The position numbers and the translations under genes are program-made. Below are positions 40,050-49,514 of a stretch of 64,000 nucleotides of DNA, one piece after another. The notes below the pieces were generated by a model. That model did no database searches. It was not told where the DNA came from and saw nothing but the letters and a program-made list of their open reading frames with translations. Within the stretch, counting starts at the first letter, position 1. The number at the start of each line of letters is the position of its first letter. The stretch comes from Bdellovibrionota bacterium (lineage in GTDB: Bacteria; Bdellovibrionota_C; UBA2361; JBIKUX01): contig JBIKUX010000006.1 of the NCBI GenBank assembly GCA_044347345.1, forward strand, positions 45,218 to 109,217, given 5' to 3'.

Positions 40050-41414
40050 ATGTACCAACAACACGTAGATCCTTTTGCTCCGATGCTGGTGACACTTAGC
40101 ATCATAACTGTTGCGGCGGGGTTGGGTCGGCTTCTTGCGAATAAATTAGGTCAGGCACCTGTATTAGGAGAGCTATTAATCGGGGTGGCTCTGGGTCAAT
40201 TTTTACTTGCGATGAATCACCCAGAAGGCTTGTTGATTATTCATTTTGATAAGGTGAGTGAGCTGTTAAACTACGCTGCTACCAACGGTAGTAGTCTAGC
40301 AACCGTAGCTTCAGAAATATTTTCAGAATATGAATTTTCAACCGGAATACCTCAAAAGTTAATTTCAATCTTATCTTCAAATGAAGGAATGGCTTACCAA
40401 AAAGTAGTACAGGGTATTTGGATATTTTCTAATCTTGGCCTTATTCTGCTACTCTTCATGGTGGGACTTGAAAATACTCTCTCAGAGATGGCGGCAGTTG
40501 GTGCTAGAGCAACCGTAGTAGCAATTGTGGGGATAGTGGTGCCATTTTTGCTCGGTCTGCTAGCTGGAAAAGTGTTTTTGCCAGACTACAACTTTTCATC
40601 ACACTTATTTCTAGCAGCTACATTGTGTGCAACTAGCGTGGGTATTACCGCAAGAGTATTTAAAGATATGGGGAGATCCGCAAGTGCTGAAGCCCGAATA
40701 ATTCTCGGCGCCGCTGTTATTGATGACATACTAGGTTTAATAATATTGTCGCTGGTTGTAGGACTCGCAACCACTGGCATATTGGATATAACTAATGTTT
40801 TCAAGATTTCAGTTCAAGCGGCTGTATACATTTTTATAACGATAGCATTTGGTGTTTATCTACTTCCAAAAGTTATTACTATTCTCGCACCTTTCTTCCG
40901 ACCTAAACCAAAAGTTTTATTCCCCCTGGCGATGTGTTTTTTATTTTCGTGGCTCGCGACAAAATTTGGCCTTGCTGCAATCGTGGGCGCCTTTGCTTCA
41001 GGATTAATATTGGCGGATTATCATTTTACTTCTTCTAGTGACGAGGATAATTTAGACGATCTTATTGCTCCCTTAGAATTACTTTTCGCTCCGATTTTCT
41101 TTGTGCTCATGGGTATGCAAGTAAATGTGGATGTATTACTTAGCCCACAAAATGTTTTATTAGCGTCAGCTCTTATCGTTGTAGCTGTTGTAGGCAAATT
41201 AATTAGCGGCATAGTGGCAGGGTCAGGATTAAACCGACTTGTTGTAGGAATTGGGATGATTCCAAGAGGAGAAGTAGGGCTTATATTTGCAAGTTTGGGC
41301 AAAACTATCGGTGTTGTTGATGATAAGGTCTTTTCTGCAATTGTATGCATGGTAATTGTAACAACGCTAATTACTCCACCTCTTTTGAAAGGAGTAATTC
41401 CAAAGGAAAGGTAA
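40050..41414 (+). CDS. cation:proton antiporter (CPA2, Na+/H+ exchanger family)
   Basis: PVLGELLIG, LLFMVGLE, ATSVGITARV, GAAVIDDILG, VGAFASG, PIFFV, GMIPRGEVGLIFA. Confidence 0.93.
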   Translation: MYQQHVDPFAPMLVTLSIITVAAGLGRLLANKLGQAPVLGELLIGVALGQFLLAMNHPEGLLIIHFDKVSELLNYAATNGSSLATVASEIFSEYEFSTGIPQKLISILSSNEGMAYQKVVQGIWIFSNLGLILLLFMVGLENTLSEMAAVGARATVVAIVGIVVPFLLGLLAGKVFLPDYNFSSHLFLAATLCATSVGITARVFKDMGRSASAEARIILGAAVIDDILGLIILSLVVGLATTGILDITNVFKISVQAAVYIFITIAFGVYLLPKVITILAPFFRPKPKVLFPLAMCFLFSWLATKFGLAAIVGAFASGLILADYHFTSSSDEDNLDDLIAPLELLFAPIFFVLMGMQVNVDVLLSPQNVLLASALIVVAVVGKLISGIVAGSGLNRLVVGIGMIPRGEVGLIFASLGKTIGVVDDKVFSAIVCMVIVTTLITPPLLKGVIPKER

Positions 41415-41484
41415 AAGTTAAAAAATTGAAAAAGGTAATAACCATTGCAAAACCAGTTTTTGCTGAGCTTAAAGTGACTTCTAC

Positions 41485-42243
41485 TTACAAACATCGGTAA
41501 ATATACAGGGTTGTATCATTTGATACCTTAACTTGGTTTAGTGATAAAGAGCTTGATACTGAATCAGGGAGCTTAAAAGAATTAATAATTGCAGATGAGT
41601 TAGTTGCTAATTCATCTGCAATTTTTATGGCTAGTTGTTCACTTACTTCGGGAGAAAGAAAAGCATAAATATAGTTATAATTTGAGAGAGGTTCTTGCCA
41701 CAGATTAGTCCATTTAATGGATACGTTTGGTACGAGCAAGCTGCGTAGCAATCCGTAAAAAGCAAGAATTGGGCTTACTTCAACTCCAATAAATGTTCCG
41801 CGTGGAAACTTTTTGGCTAGTTGAAAAAGAACGCTCCCAAAACCACATCCGCAATCAATAAACCGAAATGCACAATCATTTGGAAGCATTTGAGTAAGGT
41901 GCGTAATGACAGGTGGTGAAGTCGGATAAAACGGTACATCATTCCACCAGCTCGGTAAAAAAACACCGAGAAGTATGAATGCAATTACACCAAGAAATAT
42001 GGGCGGAATATTAAAAGAAAATGTAATAAATAGACCCCAAGGGATAGCAGCATTTACAATTTGCCAAGGCAAAGTATCCCGAAACAATCGAGATAGAAAG
42101 CCGCTTATAATTGAGTGAAGCGAGACTCTTTGAATAATAGAGAGTTGTGGTGCAACTGTGATTCCTAAAATAATAAGGCTTGATTGAATAATAAATAGGT
42201 TTGCCAAAGGCCTAATGGTAGTGCGACTCTTAAATTTTGTCAT
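41485..42243 (-). CDS. membrane-anchored class I SAM-dependent methyltransferase
   Basis: N-terminal TMs; VPFYPT; FIDCGCGFG; GVEVSP; YAFLSP; NSF. Confidence 0.85.
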   Translation of the reverse strand: MTKFKSRTTIRPLANLFIIQSSLIILGITVAPQLSIIQRVSLHSIISGFLSRLFRDTLPWQIVNAAIPWGLFITFSFNIPPIFLGVIAFILLGVFLPSWWNDVPFYPTSPPVITHLTQMLPNDCAFRFIDCGCGFGSVLFQLAKKFPRGTFIGVEVSPILAFYGLLRSLLVPNVSIKWTNLWQEPLSNYNYIYAFLSPEVSEQLAIKIADELATNSSAIINSFKLPDSVSSSLSLNQVKVSNDTTLYIYRCL

Positions 42244-42314
42244 ACTAGCCTAAGGTATCACTTAGAATTGATACAGGCCATCAGTAACAACATAAAGATT
42301 TTTGGATACAGACT

Positions 42315-43631
42315 GTGGCAATTTTGATTAATGGAGATGACTCATTACCAGATATTTCGCTCTCGAAAAGAATTGCGTTATTTTTGGGACAGGAGTGGAT
42401 AGATCCAGCGGGCTCATCTAGTTCTGTTGCGAGATTTCTCAGCGCTACAGAGCTAGCTGATATAGAGGTTAAATCAGTTTATTTTTTTGGGAGTTTTGTA
42501 ACTGAAGATTCCTTATCTCTTAAATTTTCCTTAGATGTTGATTTGGTGTTGATTTGTGCTAGTGATGAAGAAGTTCCAGAAGCTCTGCAAGTTTTACGCT
42601 TTTTGCGTCTATCCGATGAAGAGCCAGTAGCATTAGCACTATATCGCTCTTTGTATCAAAAGACTAAGTTAGACGAAGAAGTGGTCAGTTCTCTTTTTCA
42701 AAAAGCAATTAGCTTTGATTTACTTAAATCACAAAGTATATGGCGCGGTATAAGAGCTAGTCTGAGGCATCGTGAACGTTTTACCGAAAGTAAGCGATTA
42801 ATCCTTCGTCTATCAGAAGCACAGTTGCTACTTGAGGAAAAGAATAAGAGACTAGACAGCTTTAGTGCTACTGTTGCTCATGATCTACGTTCTCCCCTTT
42901 GTACAATCTGTATGAGGCTAGATTTAGCGTTAGAAAAACTCGCCGATTCTATTCCGGAATCTATCCGTTCTCTTCTCGTAAGCTCGCTAAAAGCCGGAGA
43001 AAACCTAAGTGAAATGGTGCAGGGTATTTATGACTTTGCTAAGCTCGGGGCAAGTTCAGGTAAAGTTGAACTAGTAGTGCTAAATAATTTAGTAGATGAA
43101 ATCTTTGCTGATCTCAAAATGAGCAGCCCTACTAATGTAGTATTAAGCAGAGAGGATTTGCCCAACATTTGGGGATATCAAGTATCTATAAGGCGATTAC
43201 TGATGAATTTAGTCGCTAATGCTATTAAATATAATGAGTCTATACCACCGAGGGTAAGTGTAGGCTTGGGTCCCTCAATTACTCGGTCTATTGGATCTTT
43301 TGTCACTATAACAATTTCGGATAATGGGATTGGAATCCCTGAAGAGGAAGTTCCGTTTCTTTTTGATCTTGGTTTTCGAGGTAGAAAAAAAATCAAAATA
43401 GACGGTAATTCAAGAGACGGTATCGGCTTTGGTTTAGCAGTTGTCAGGCGTATAATTGACCAACATTTTGGAACTATTAATGTCCAGTCAAGAGTAGGCA
43501 GTAATATTGTTAACTCTGAGATCGTTAACTCTGATATAGTGCCTTTAAGTGGAACAGTGTTTACGTGTACGCTTCCAGCCACACCAGACGTCTTTGATCA
43601 AAAAGTTAGCCTTACCTTCCCAACTACTTGA
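42315..43631 (+). CDS. cytoplasmic sensor histidine kinase
   Basis: H-box VAHDLRSPL, N-box NLVANAIKY, G1 DNGIGIP, G2 GIGFGLAVV; no TM; N-terminus resembles a degenerate receiver plus coiled coil. Confidence 0.9.
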   Translation: MAILINGDDSLPDISLSKRIALFLGQEWIDPAGSSSSVARFLSATELADIEVKSVYFFGSFVTEDSLSLKFSLDVDLVLICASDEEVPEALQVLRFLRLSDEEPVALALYRSLYQKTKLDEEVVSSLFQKAISFDLLKSQSIWRGIRASLRHRERFTESKRLILRLSEAQLLLEEKNKRLDSFSATVAHDLRSPLCTICMRLDLALEKLADSIPESIRSLLVSSLKAGENLSEMVQGIYDFAKLGASSGKVELVVLNNLVDEIFADLKMSSPTNVVLSREDLPNIWGYQVSIRRLLMNLVANAIKYNESIPPRVSVGLGPSITRSIGSFVTITISDNGIGIPEEEVPFLFDLGFRGRKKIKIDGNSRDGIGFGLAVVRRIIDQHFGTINVQSRVGSNIVNSEIVNSDIVPLSGTVFTCTLPATPDVFDQKVSLTFPTT

Positions 43632-43761
43632 TAACTTTTATTTAATAATCATCGCAAAAAGTATCTGCCTCGTTATCTAACTAAATTAAGAACCGAATCA
43701 CGTTATAAACTAAAGGCGTTCAAGTCATTGTTCCGAAGCTATTGATGCCTCACTCGGTGTA

Positions 43762-45180
43762 GTGCTGCCCTGCACTGCATTGAATATAGAACGACACAAT
43801 TTACAGTGGATCTGTATGGTGACATCAGCTAATCCTTTTGAGCAACTTTCCCAAGCATTTGTTGAACTAGCTACGCCATTACTTGGGTCTACTAGTGTAA
43901 TTAAAAATAACATTTTTTCCTCATCTTCGGTGTCTTACTTGCTTGCTCCGCTTAGAAATCGCATTAGTTGCGGAGAACAGTTAAGTGATCGCGGATATGA
44001 GCTTTTTTATATGGCAGCCGGATATTTAGCCAGTATTACACAGGATCTTTTTAATCGCAGTGATATAGTGGCTTTTGGTCATATTGAGCGGTTCTACGGT
44101 GCCCCTGGTAAAGTTATCATCAAATTAGAGAACGGGTATGCCCAAAACTTAGGGAGCGATATTCTTGTAAATGCAAGTGAGTATGATTTCTTATCAGAAT
44201 GTAGTGGGCGCTACTTTGCTAGCAAACTTAACGCAGGTGATGATTTTTGGTATTTGTTAGATGTCATTCGGTTTAATTCGCCCCTTGCGCAGAGTCAAGT
44301 GACATCAGATGCTATTTGTGTTCGCTTAGTAACTTCAACTCTAGTCTCAGATCTAATCCACGAACTTAGTTTGGATAGCCACGATCCCAATGTTAAAGAA
44401 TTTTCTGAAAGAGTAATTTCTGCTTTTCTAGAGTATCCCGGTAGAGATGTATTATTATCCCGCGCATCTCGGTTTTTACATTGCAGTCGTAATAATGACC
44501 ATTTATGCGGTATTATAGAACTTGTGCCCAGTATACTTAAAGCGAATTCTCCTCTTTTACGGGATCTTGGTTTAATTATTCAGTTAATTTGCGGAGAAAT
44601 TCAGTATTTACCTAAATTAGAAACAAGCTCCTTTGGTTTAATGGGGATCGATTTATCAGAGCTTGCAAAAGAGAGGTGGCGTTATCTTCGAGGTAAAGAT
44701 GCGGTAGCTCCACCTGAATTTATAAATGAAACTACTGAAGAATGGAGTAGGCAAAGTAATCAAAATAAAGATGATTATTCTGTTGTTACTAATGATTCAC
44801 TTTATGAACACTTTTTTTTGCTCGCAAGCACTATGATCCAAGAGCGACAGGAGGTAGCAGCCTCTTTGTTGGCCAAGTATCCACGAGATGAAATAGCAAG
44901 AGTAGTTTTTGCTAAATCGCTATTAACCAGCCCTAATGGAAGCGATGGTGAGAAAATATTACAAACTATGATTGACGAAGATAAAGCCGAGACTCCAGAG
45001 CCTTATATGACATTATTCTATCATATGCTTAGTTATGGTCGTTTGCATGAAGCATTGTCAGTAATTCAAACAGCAATTAAAAAGTGGTCGAATGATCAAG
45101 AGGTGATTCAGGCCGCATGTGAGCTTAATTCAGTAGGCTGTACTAGAAGACTAGAATATGAAAATTATATTGGATGTTGA
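43762..45180 (+). CDS. hypothetical protein with C-terminal TPR-like helices
   Basis: Long ORF; C-terminus PEPYMTLFYHMLSYGRLHEALSVIQTAIKKWS. Start uncertain. Confidence 0.6.
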   Translation: MLPCTALNIERHNLQWICMVTSANPFEQLSQAFVELATPLLGSTSVIKNNIFSSSSVSYLLAPLRNRISCGEQLSDRGYELFYMAAGYLASITQDLFNRSDIVAFGHIERFYGAPGKVIIKLENGYAQNLGSDILVNASEYDFLSECSGRYFASKLNAGDDFWYLLDVIRFNSPLAQSQVTSDAICVRLVTSTLVSDLIHELSLDSHDPNVKEFSERVISAFLEYPGRDVLLSRASRFLHCSRNNDHLCGIIELVPSILKANSPLLRDLGLIIQLICGEIQYLPKLETSSFGLMGIDLSELAKERWRYLRGKDAVAPPEFINETTEEWSRQSNQNKDDYSVVTNDSLYEHFFLLASTMIQERQEVAASLLAKYPRDEIARVVFAKSLLTSPNGSDGEKILQTMIDEDKAETPEPYMTLFYHMLSYGRLHEALSVIQTAIKKWSNDQEVIQAACELNSVGCTRRLEYENYIGC

Positions 45181-45198
45181 TATTTAGGATGTTTATAG

Positions 45199-46374
45199 TC
45201 ATCTATTTAACCAACGTATACCGTAAGTTGACCAAAATAATTGTTGATTGAATTGTTTTGCTCCTATCCAGTACGCTCCAACTAAGCCACCTTTTAAAAT
45301 ATCTCTGGCTCGTTCATTATGTCGCGGGTCGGCAGTGCGGTCAGACAGCCAAGCGTATAAAGGAAAAATAAGAAGATTAAGATCCGGGGCAGCTCTACGA
45401 TGTAATGCGCTTTTATCGAGACTCTCTCCGCTAATTACTTCACGGTCAGCATAACGAAAAGCTTTTTCTTTTGATAACCATAACGAATCCCATAATAGGT
45501 CTGCTAAGGCTGACAGTTCCTCTATTACCAACCCAAGCTCTGAAGTAGGAATCTTATTTGCTTCCACGGCTTCAATAATAGCTCTTGCTGTTAGAGCCGC
45601 CATAAATGGAACTATATATCTTGTTTTAGATTCAATGCCTCGCCAAGATGCTTTTCCTCTCCATTGTGCTATGTGGCCTCTAGCTAAAGCTACAAGTGAG
45701 TTCCTCCATAATTCTTCTGAAGGTCGTCCTAATTTTTCAGCATTAAGATGAGCTAAAAGCCCATAAGCTACTTCACGACTGCGTTCAGCACTTTCAGCGT
45801 TAGAGTGCGCCTTTTCATCGCTGGAGGCATATCGCCCTCGTTCTGCCAGTAAAAAAAGTGCTTCTTTTGACTTTAAATCTTTAGATCTTTCGTAATGTCG
45901 TTTGAGTCCTTCAGTAAATATCCAGTAACCCGGAACAAGGCCTTTCTGACTTTCTGGAAGTTTTTCGTGGAGAAGATATTTGTCTCTGTAAAATAAAGCA
46001 GCCTCATCGCCAAGTTTTAGCCATTCTTTATCTCCTAATAGTTCTCCTACGTTATAAAAGGCACTTGCTCTGTCATAATAGGTTATAGCTAGAGCTTGAT
46101 TATATGGCCCTACGCCTCCTGGCTCAGCAAGATCATTATAGTCTTTCACTGCATGGTGTATTTGCTTAAGAGCATTTAAAGAATTTAAAAACTCCTGTTT
46201 GTGATGGGATGCATGGTGTTTAACGGCGCTTATAAACTCAGCTTGAACTTCATCTCGACCAGCTGCATAGACGTAGTGCTCTTCCGGAGAAGGAGCACAA
46301 CCGCTAACCAAGCTAATTGAGATAACAGGGGGTAACGTAGTACAAAGAAGCCAAGTAAAAAAGCTCATGCACAA
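45199..46374 (-). CDS. hypothetical lipoprotein, all-alpha, aromatic-rich
   Basis: Lipobox-like VSGC; motifs YYD, SREVAY, PFMAAL, APDLNLLI, KQFNQ. Confidence 0.65.
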   Translation of the reverse strand: MCMSFFTWLLCTTLPPVISISLVSGCAPSPEEHYVYAAGRDEVQAEFISAVKHHASHHKQEFLNSLNALKQIHHAVKDYNDLAEPGGVGPYNQALAITYYDRASAFYNVGELLGDKEWLKLGDEAALFYRDKYLLHEKLPESQKGLVPGYWIFTEGLKRHYERSKDLKSKEALFLLAERGRYASSDEKAHSNAESAERSREVAYGLLAHLNAEKLGRPSEELWRNSLVALARGHIAQWRGKASWRGIESKTRYIVPFMAALTARAIIEAVEANKIPTSELGLVIEELSALADLLWDSLWLSKEKAFRYADREVISGESLDKSALHRRAAPDLNLLIFPLYAWLSDRTADPRHNERARDILKGGLVGAYWIGAKQFNQQLFWSTYGIRWLNR

Positions 46375-46417
46375 TCCAGCTTTAGATGAATATCAAATAA
46401 GTTGTAATTATATATCT

Positions 46418-47095
46418 CTAAATAAGGCCACCGATACCTGCTACTTTGGCGAGTAAGCTCATAATAAATTTTATAGGAATGTCGATGATAGCTCGGCCTT
46501 CGCCTTGAAGCAGCAGTAATAGCAGTATTAGCGGGAAAAAGTTTACTCCAGGTATATTCTCTAATCGGTAAATTAACGACCTTGGAAGCAGGCCAGCAGC
46601 CACTTTACTACCATCTAAAGGAGGAACAGGAATTAGATTGAATATCGCCAGACTCACATTGATTAAAGCAAATAAATATAGTGGCTCAGCCATCAAAGCC
46701 AGTAAATTTCGGAGCGAATCAGCATTAACTAATATAGAGAGAAGCCCAAAGCTTGCCAAAGCTAGTAGTAGATTTGATATTGGTCCTGCGGCTGCTACCC
46801 AAACTAGCGCTAATCGGCGATTGTACCGAACTTTAAAACCATTTGGATCAACGGGAACTGGGCGCGCCCAGCCAAACGGTATTCCAAGAAGAGGTAAAAG
46901 GAGAGTCCCAAATGTATCTATATGAGACAGTGGGTTGAGAGTTCGACGCCCCTCTTTTTCTGCTGTTTCATCACCAAACCAAAAACCAACCTGCGCATGA
47001 GCCCACTCATGAACTGTAAGAGATAAAATAACTGGAATAAGCATCATTAGTCGCGAGGTAAAGTCCATAATCCAAATCAGCAAATAATTTGCCAA
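46418..47095 (-). CDS. site-2 protease (M50 family zinc metalloprotease)
   Basis: HEWAH, TLNPLSHID, FGWARPVP, AAAGPISN, FNLIPVPPLDG. Confidence 0.95.
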   Translation of the reverse strand: MANYLLIWIMDFTSRLMMLIPVILSLTVHEWAHAQVGFWFGDETAEKEGRRTLNPLSHIDTFGTLLLPLLGIPFGWARPVPVDPNGFKVRYNRRLALVWVAAAGPISNLLLALASFGLLSILVNADSLRNLLALMAEPLYLFALINVSLAIFNLIPVPPLDGSKVAAGLLPRSLIYRLENIPGVNFFPLILLLLLLQGEGRAIIDIPIKFIMSLLAKVAGIGGLI

Positions 47096-47107
47096 ACTCC
47101 TTATTTT

Positions 47108-48061
47108 TTAGACTACTCCGAATTCTCTAAACCACTCAGCGGCGCATATTGCTGTAGCGGTTGCTACGTTCAGGCTTTCAATTTTCCCAGACCCCGGTAT
47201 TCTGACCCTCGTCTCTAGCCGTTCTAGAATTTGTGGGGGTAATCCATCGGCCTCAGAGCCTATGGCTAAAACAGTTCGAGCACTGAACGAGACAGTAAAG
47301 AGGTCTAATTCAGCATCTGGTACCGTTGCTACTAAAGCAAAACCACATTTCTGAAATGCTGAGATGGCAGAAATTGGATCTGGAACATAAACTAGTTCCA
47401 CATATTCAGCCCCTCCTTCCGCCACCCGTAAAGCTGAAGGAGCAACGGCATGGGATGAATGAGTAAGGCATACTGCTTGAACACCAAAATGAGCTGCCGC
47501 ACGAATTACAGCACCAATGTTATGGGGATTATCCACGCCTACTAAAAAAAGCACTAAAATTCGGTCACGAATTATTCGAAGTTTTATCCATTCGTCAAAC
47601 GACCATACTTTAGGGGCAGAGGTAAAAAAACAAACTCCCTCATGGTGGTATGATTTGGTAAGGCGTTCAAGCTCCTCACTGTCAACTACTTTAAAGGGTA
47701 TATTATGTAGTCGACAGTATTCTGATGTGCTTTTGAATCGAGAAAGAAGATTGCGCTGGAGAAAAACTCGATTTAAGGCTTGCGGACGAATGTGTGCCGC
47801 AGCTTCACACGCACGAATACCGTAGATTAACGAATGATTTAGCGAATCTGCCAGCGAGCCTGATGAACCCGAACCACGATTATAAGTACGAGCACGAGAA
47901 CCAGCACTTGGTTTACGGTTTAGTAAATCGTTATTCTTGCGCCCCTTAGTGGGTCTATAACTTCTTGGCTCTGACTGGGTAGGAGCGCGCGGTGGCCGAC
48001 GAGCCATTTTTTTTGATGAATCTATTACCACCCTTAGAGCTCCTTGAACTTTAGCTGCCAC
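47108..48061 (-). CDS. TrmH/SpoU family RNA 2'-O-methyltransferase (YfiF/RlmB-like)
   Basis: IYGIRAC, HHEGV, NPHNIGAVIRAAAHFG, GSEADGL, IPGSGKIESLNVA; basic disordered N-terminus. Confidence 0.92.
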   Translation of the reverse strand: MAAKVQGALRVVIDSSKKMARRPPRAPTQSEPRSYRPTKGRKNNDLLNRKPSAGSRARTYNRGSGSSGSLADSLNHSLIYGIRACEAAAHIRPQALNRVFLQRNLLSRFKSTSEYCRLHNIPFKVVDSEELERLTKSYHHEGVCFFTSAPKVWSFDEWIKLRIIRDRILVLFLVGVDNPHNIGAVIRAAAHFGVQAVCLTHSSHAVAPSALRVAEGGAEYVELVYVPDPISAISAFQKCGFALVATVPDAELDLFTVSFSARTVLAIGSEADGLPPQILERLETRVRIPGSGKIESLNVATATAICAAEWFREFGVV

Positions 48062-48075
48062 CGCCTACTTAACTT

Positions 48076-48633
48076 TTATAGACGCGCCTTTTGACTTATT
48101 TCTATTCTGTTGTACTTACGACGTGGAAATTGCTCAAGAGCTTGCCAGACAAGTGTTCCAGCAATTTCTTGAAAGAAATCTTCGTCTTTTCCAGATTTAT
48201 CAGGTAACCGCATCCTTACAAAGTAGAGTATCTGTCCTGAACTGCGATTGCGAGCGGTAAGATTAAAAAAACTTACATTTTTATTGTTTGAATTAAAGTT
48301 TATAGAATTTGACTGTTCACGAGCGTAAGTAATAACAATTTGTGCCAAAGGCTCTATAGTTTGAACATAGCCTCGCTTTTTGAGTTCATGTTCAATCGAT
48401 TGTGCCACTTTGATGTCTGATATTAGCTGTTGCTCTTGGTTGGTAGCACCAAGTAAACCAGTTGCCGGAATACTTACAACTGGAGTCACTGCAAATGTCC
48501 TTGATTTACTGAGTATTTTGAGATTATCTCTTTTAAGTGTCTGATTTGTAATTTGTCCTAAATTAGAAATCCCGCATCCTGCAACTAGACAAATTAGTGA
48601 ATTTAGGAAGATTGTTGTAGTCTTTTTTCGCAT
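48076..48633 (-). CDS. lipoprotein of unknown function (DUF4136-like)
   Basis: Lipobox VAGC; IEHELKKRGY; C-terminal LEQFP. Confidence 0.6.
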   Translation of the reverse strand: MRKKTTTIFLNSLICLVAGCGISNLGQITNQTLKRDNLKILSKSRTFAVTPVVSIPATGLLGATNQEQQLISDIKVAQSIEHELKKRGYVQTIEPLAQIVITYAREQSNSINFNSNNKNVSFFNLTARNRSSGQILYFVRMRLPDKSGKDEDFFQEIAGTLVWQALEQFPRRKYNRIEISQKARL

Positions 48634-48830
48634 ACTGGTAAGATGTTGGTTAGGCTAAAGCGATGTAATTGATTTTTTGGTCGATAGCCATACGAAGTAT
48701 GGTACTGATTTTTGCTTTTTTAGCGTAACTCTTGGCTACTGAATAAAATTTTAGGGTAAGGGTTGCTGGGCAGAAAAGATACTGCAGAAAAGATAATGCT
48801 TGGTAGATACTGCTTGGTAGAAAGGATTCA

Positions 48831-49469
48831 ATGGATATCTTTAATATTTCTTTGAGAAGCTGGGAAGTGTGGCAAATTATCACTTTAGGAGTGATAATAG
48901 GGGCTTTGCTAAATAAAGCAATCTCGCGCATTAGAGCTGGGTTATTGCAGAAACAAAGGCAAGAAAACCCTTTTGTGAAGAAAATTGCAGAACTTGAAGA
49001 GAGTTTAAGGGCAGCATCGGCATCAGCATCAGCACAAGCACTGCCTTCACCGCAAGGTTCTCTTGAAACATTGGTTCTTTTATCGTTATTTCAAGAAAAA
49101 GGACGATTGATTGATTTTATCCAACGAGACATAGCAACATTTTCTGATGAAGAAGTAGGCCGGGTGGCTCGCTTTGTTCATCAAGGCGTAAATAGTGTTT
49201 TTCGTGACTGCATTTCAGTAGAACCCCTTGCCTCACAGCTTGAAGGGGAGTTGGTTGTTTTAGAGAAAGGTTATGATCCAGCAGTTTTTGCGATCCTGAG
49301 AGATCCGTCACCAGGGGAACAATCCTCATCAGATTCAGACGCGCCTCCCTATTCAGGTAAGGTTGTTCATCGTGGTTGGAAGATTAAGTCCATAAACATA
49401 CCAAAATTGATTGCAAATCAAGATGAAGCAGGAGTAGCCGTGATTGCGCCAGTGCTAATTAAGGTTTAG
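48831..49469 (+). CDS. DUF2760 family protein
   Basis: N-terminal TM; LSLFQEKGRLIDF, VGRVARFVHQG, GKVVHRGWK, VIAPV; directly upstream of two Hsp70-like genes. Confidence 0.8.
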   Translation: MDIFNISLRSWEVWQIITLGVIIGALLNKAISRIRAGLLQKQRQENPFVKKIAELEESLRAASASASAQALPSPQGSLETLVLLSLFQEKGRLIDFIQRDIATFSDEEVGRVARFVHQGVNSVFRDCISVEPLASQLEGELVVLEKGYDPAVFAILRDPSPGEQSSSDSDAPPYSGKVVHRGWKIKSINIPKLIANQDEAGVAVIAPVLIKV

Positions 49470-49514
49470 TACAAAAAATTATTTTCAGTAACAAAAAATA
49501 AGTGATTTTTTATT

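Noticed and set aside
48650-48931. 93-aa minus-strand ORF
   Set aside because: Overlaps the DUF2760 gene head-to-head and spans a probable divergent promoter region.
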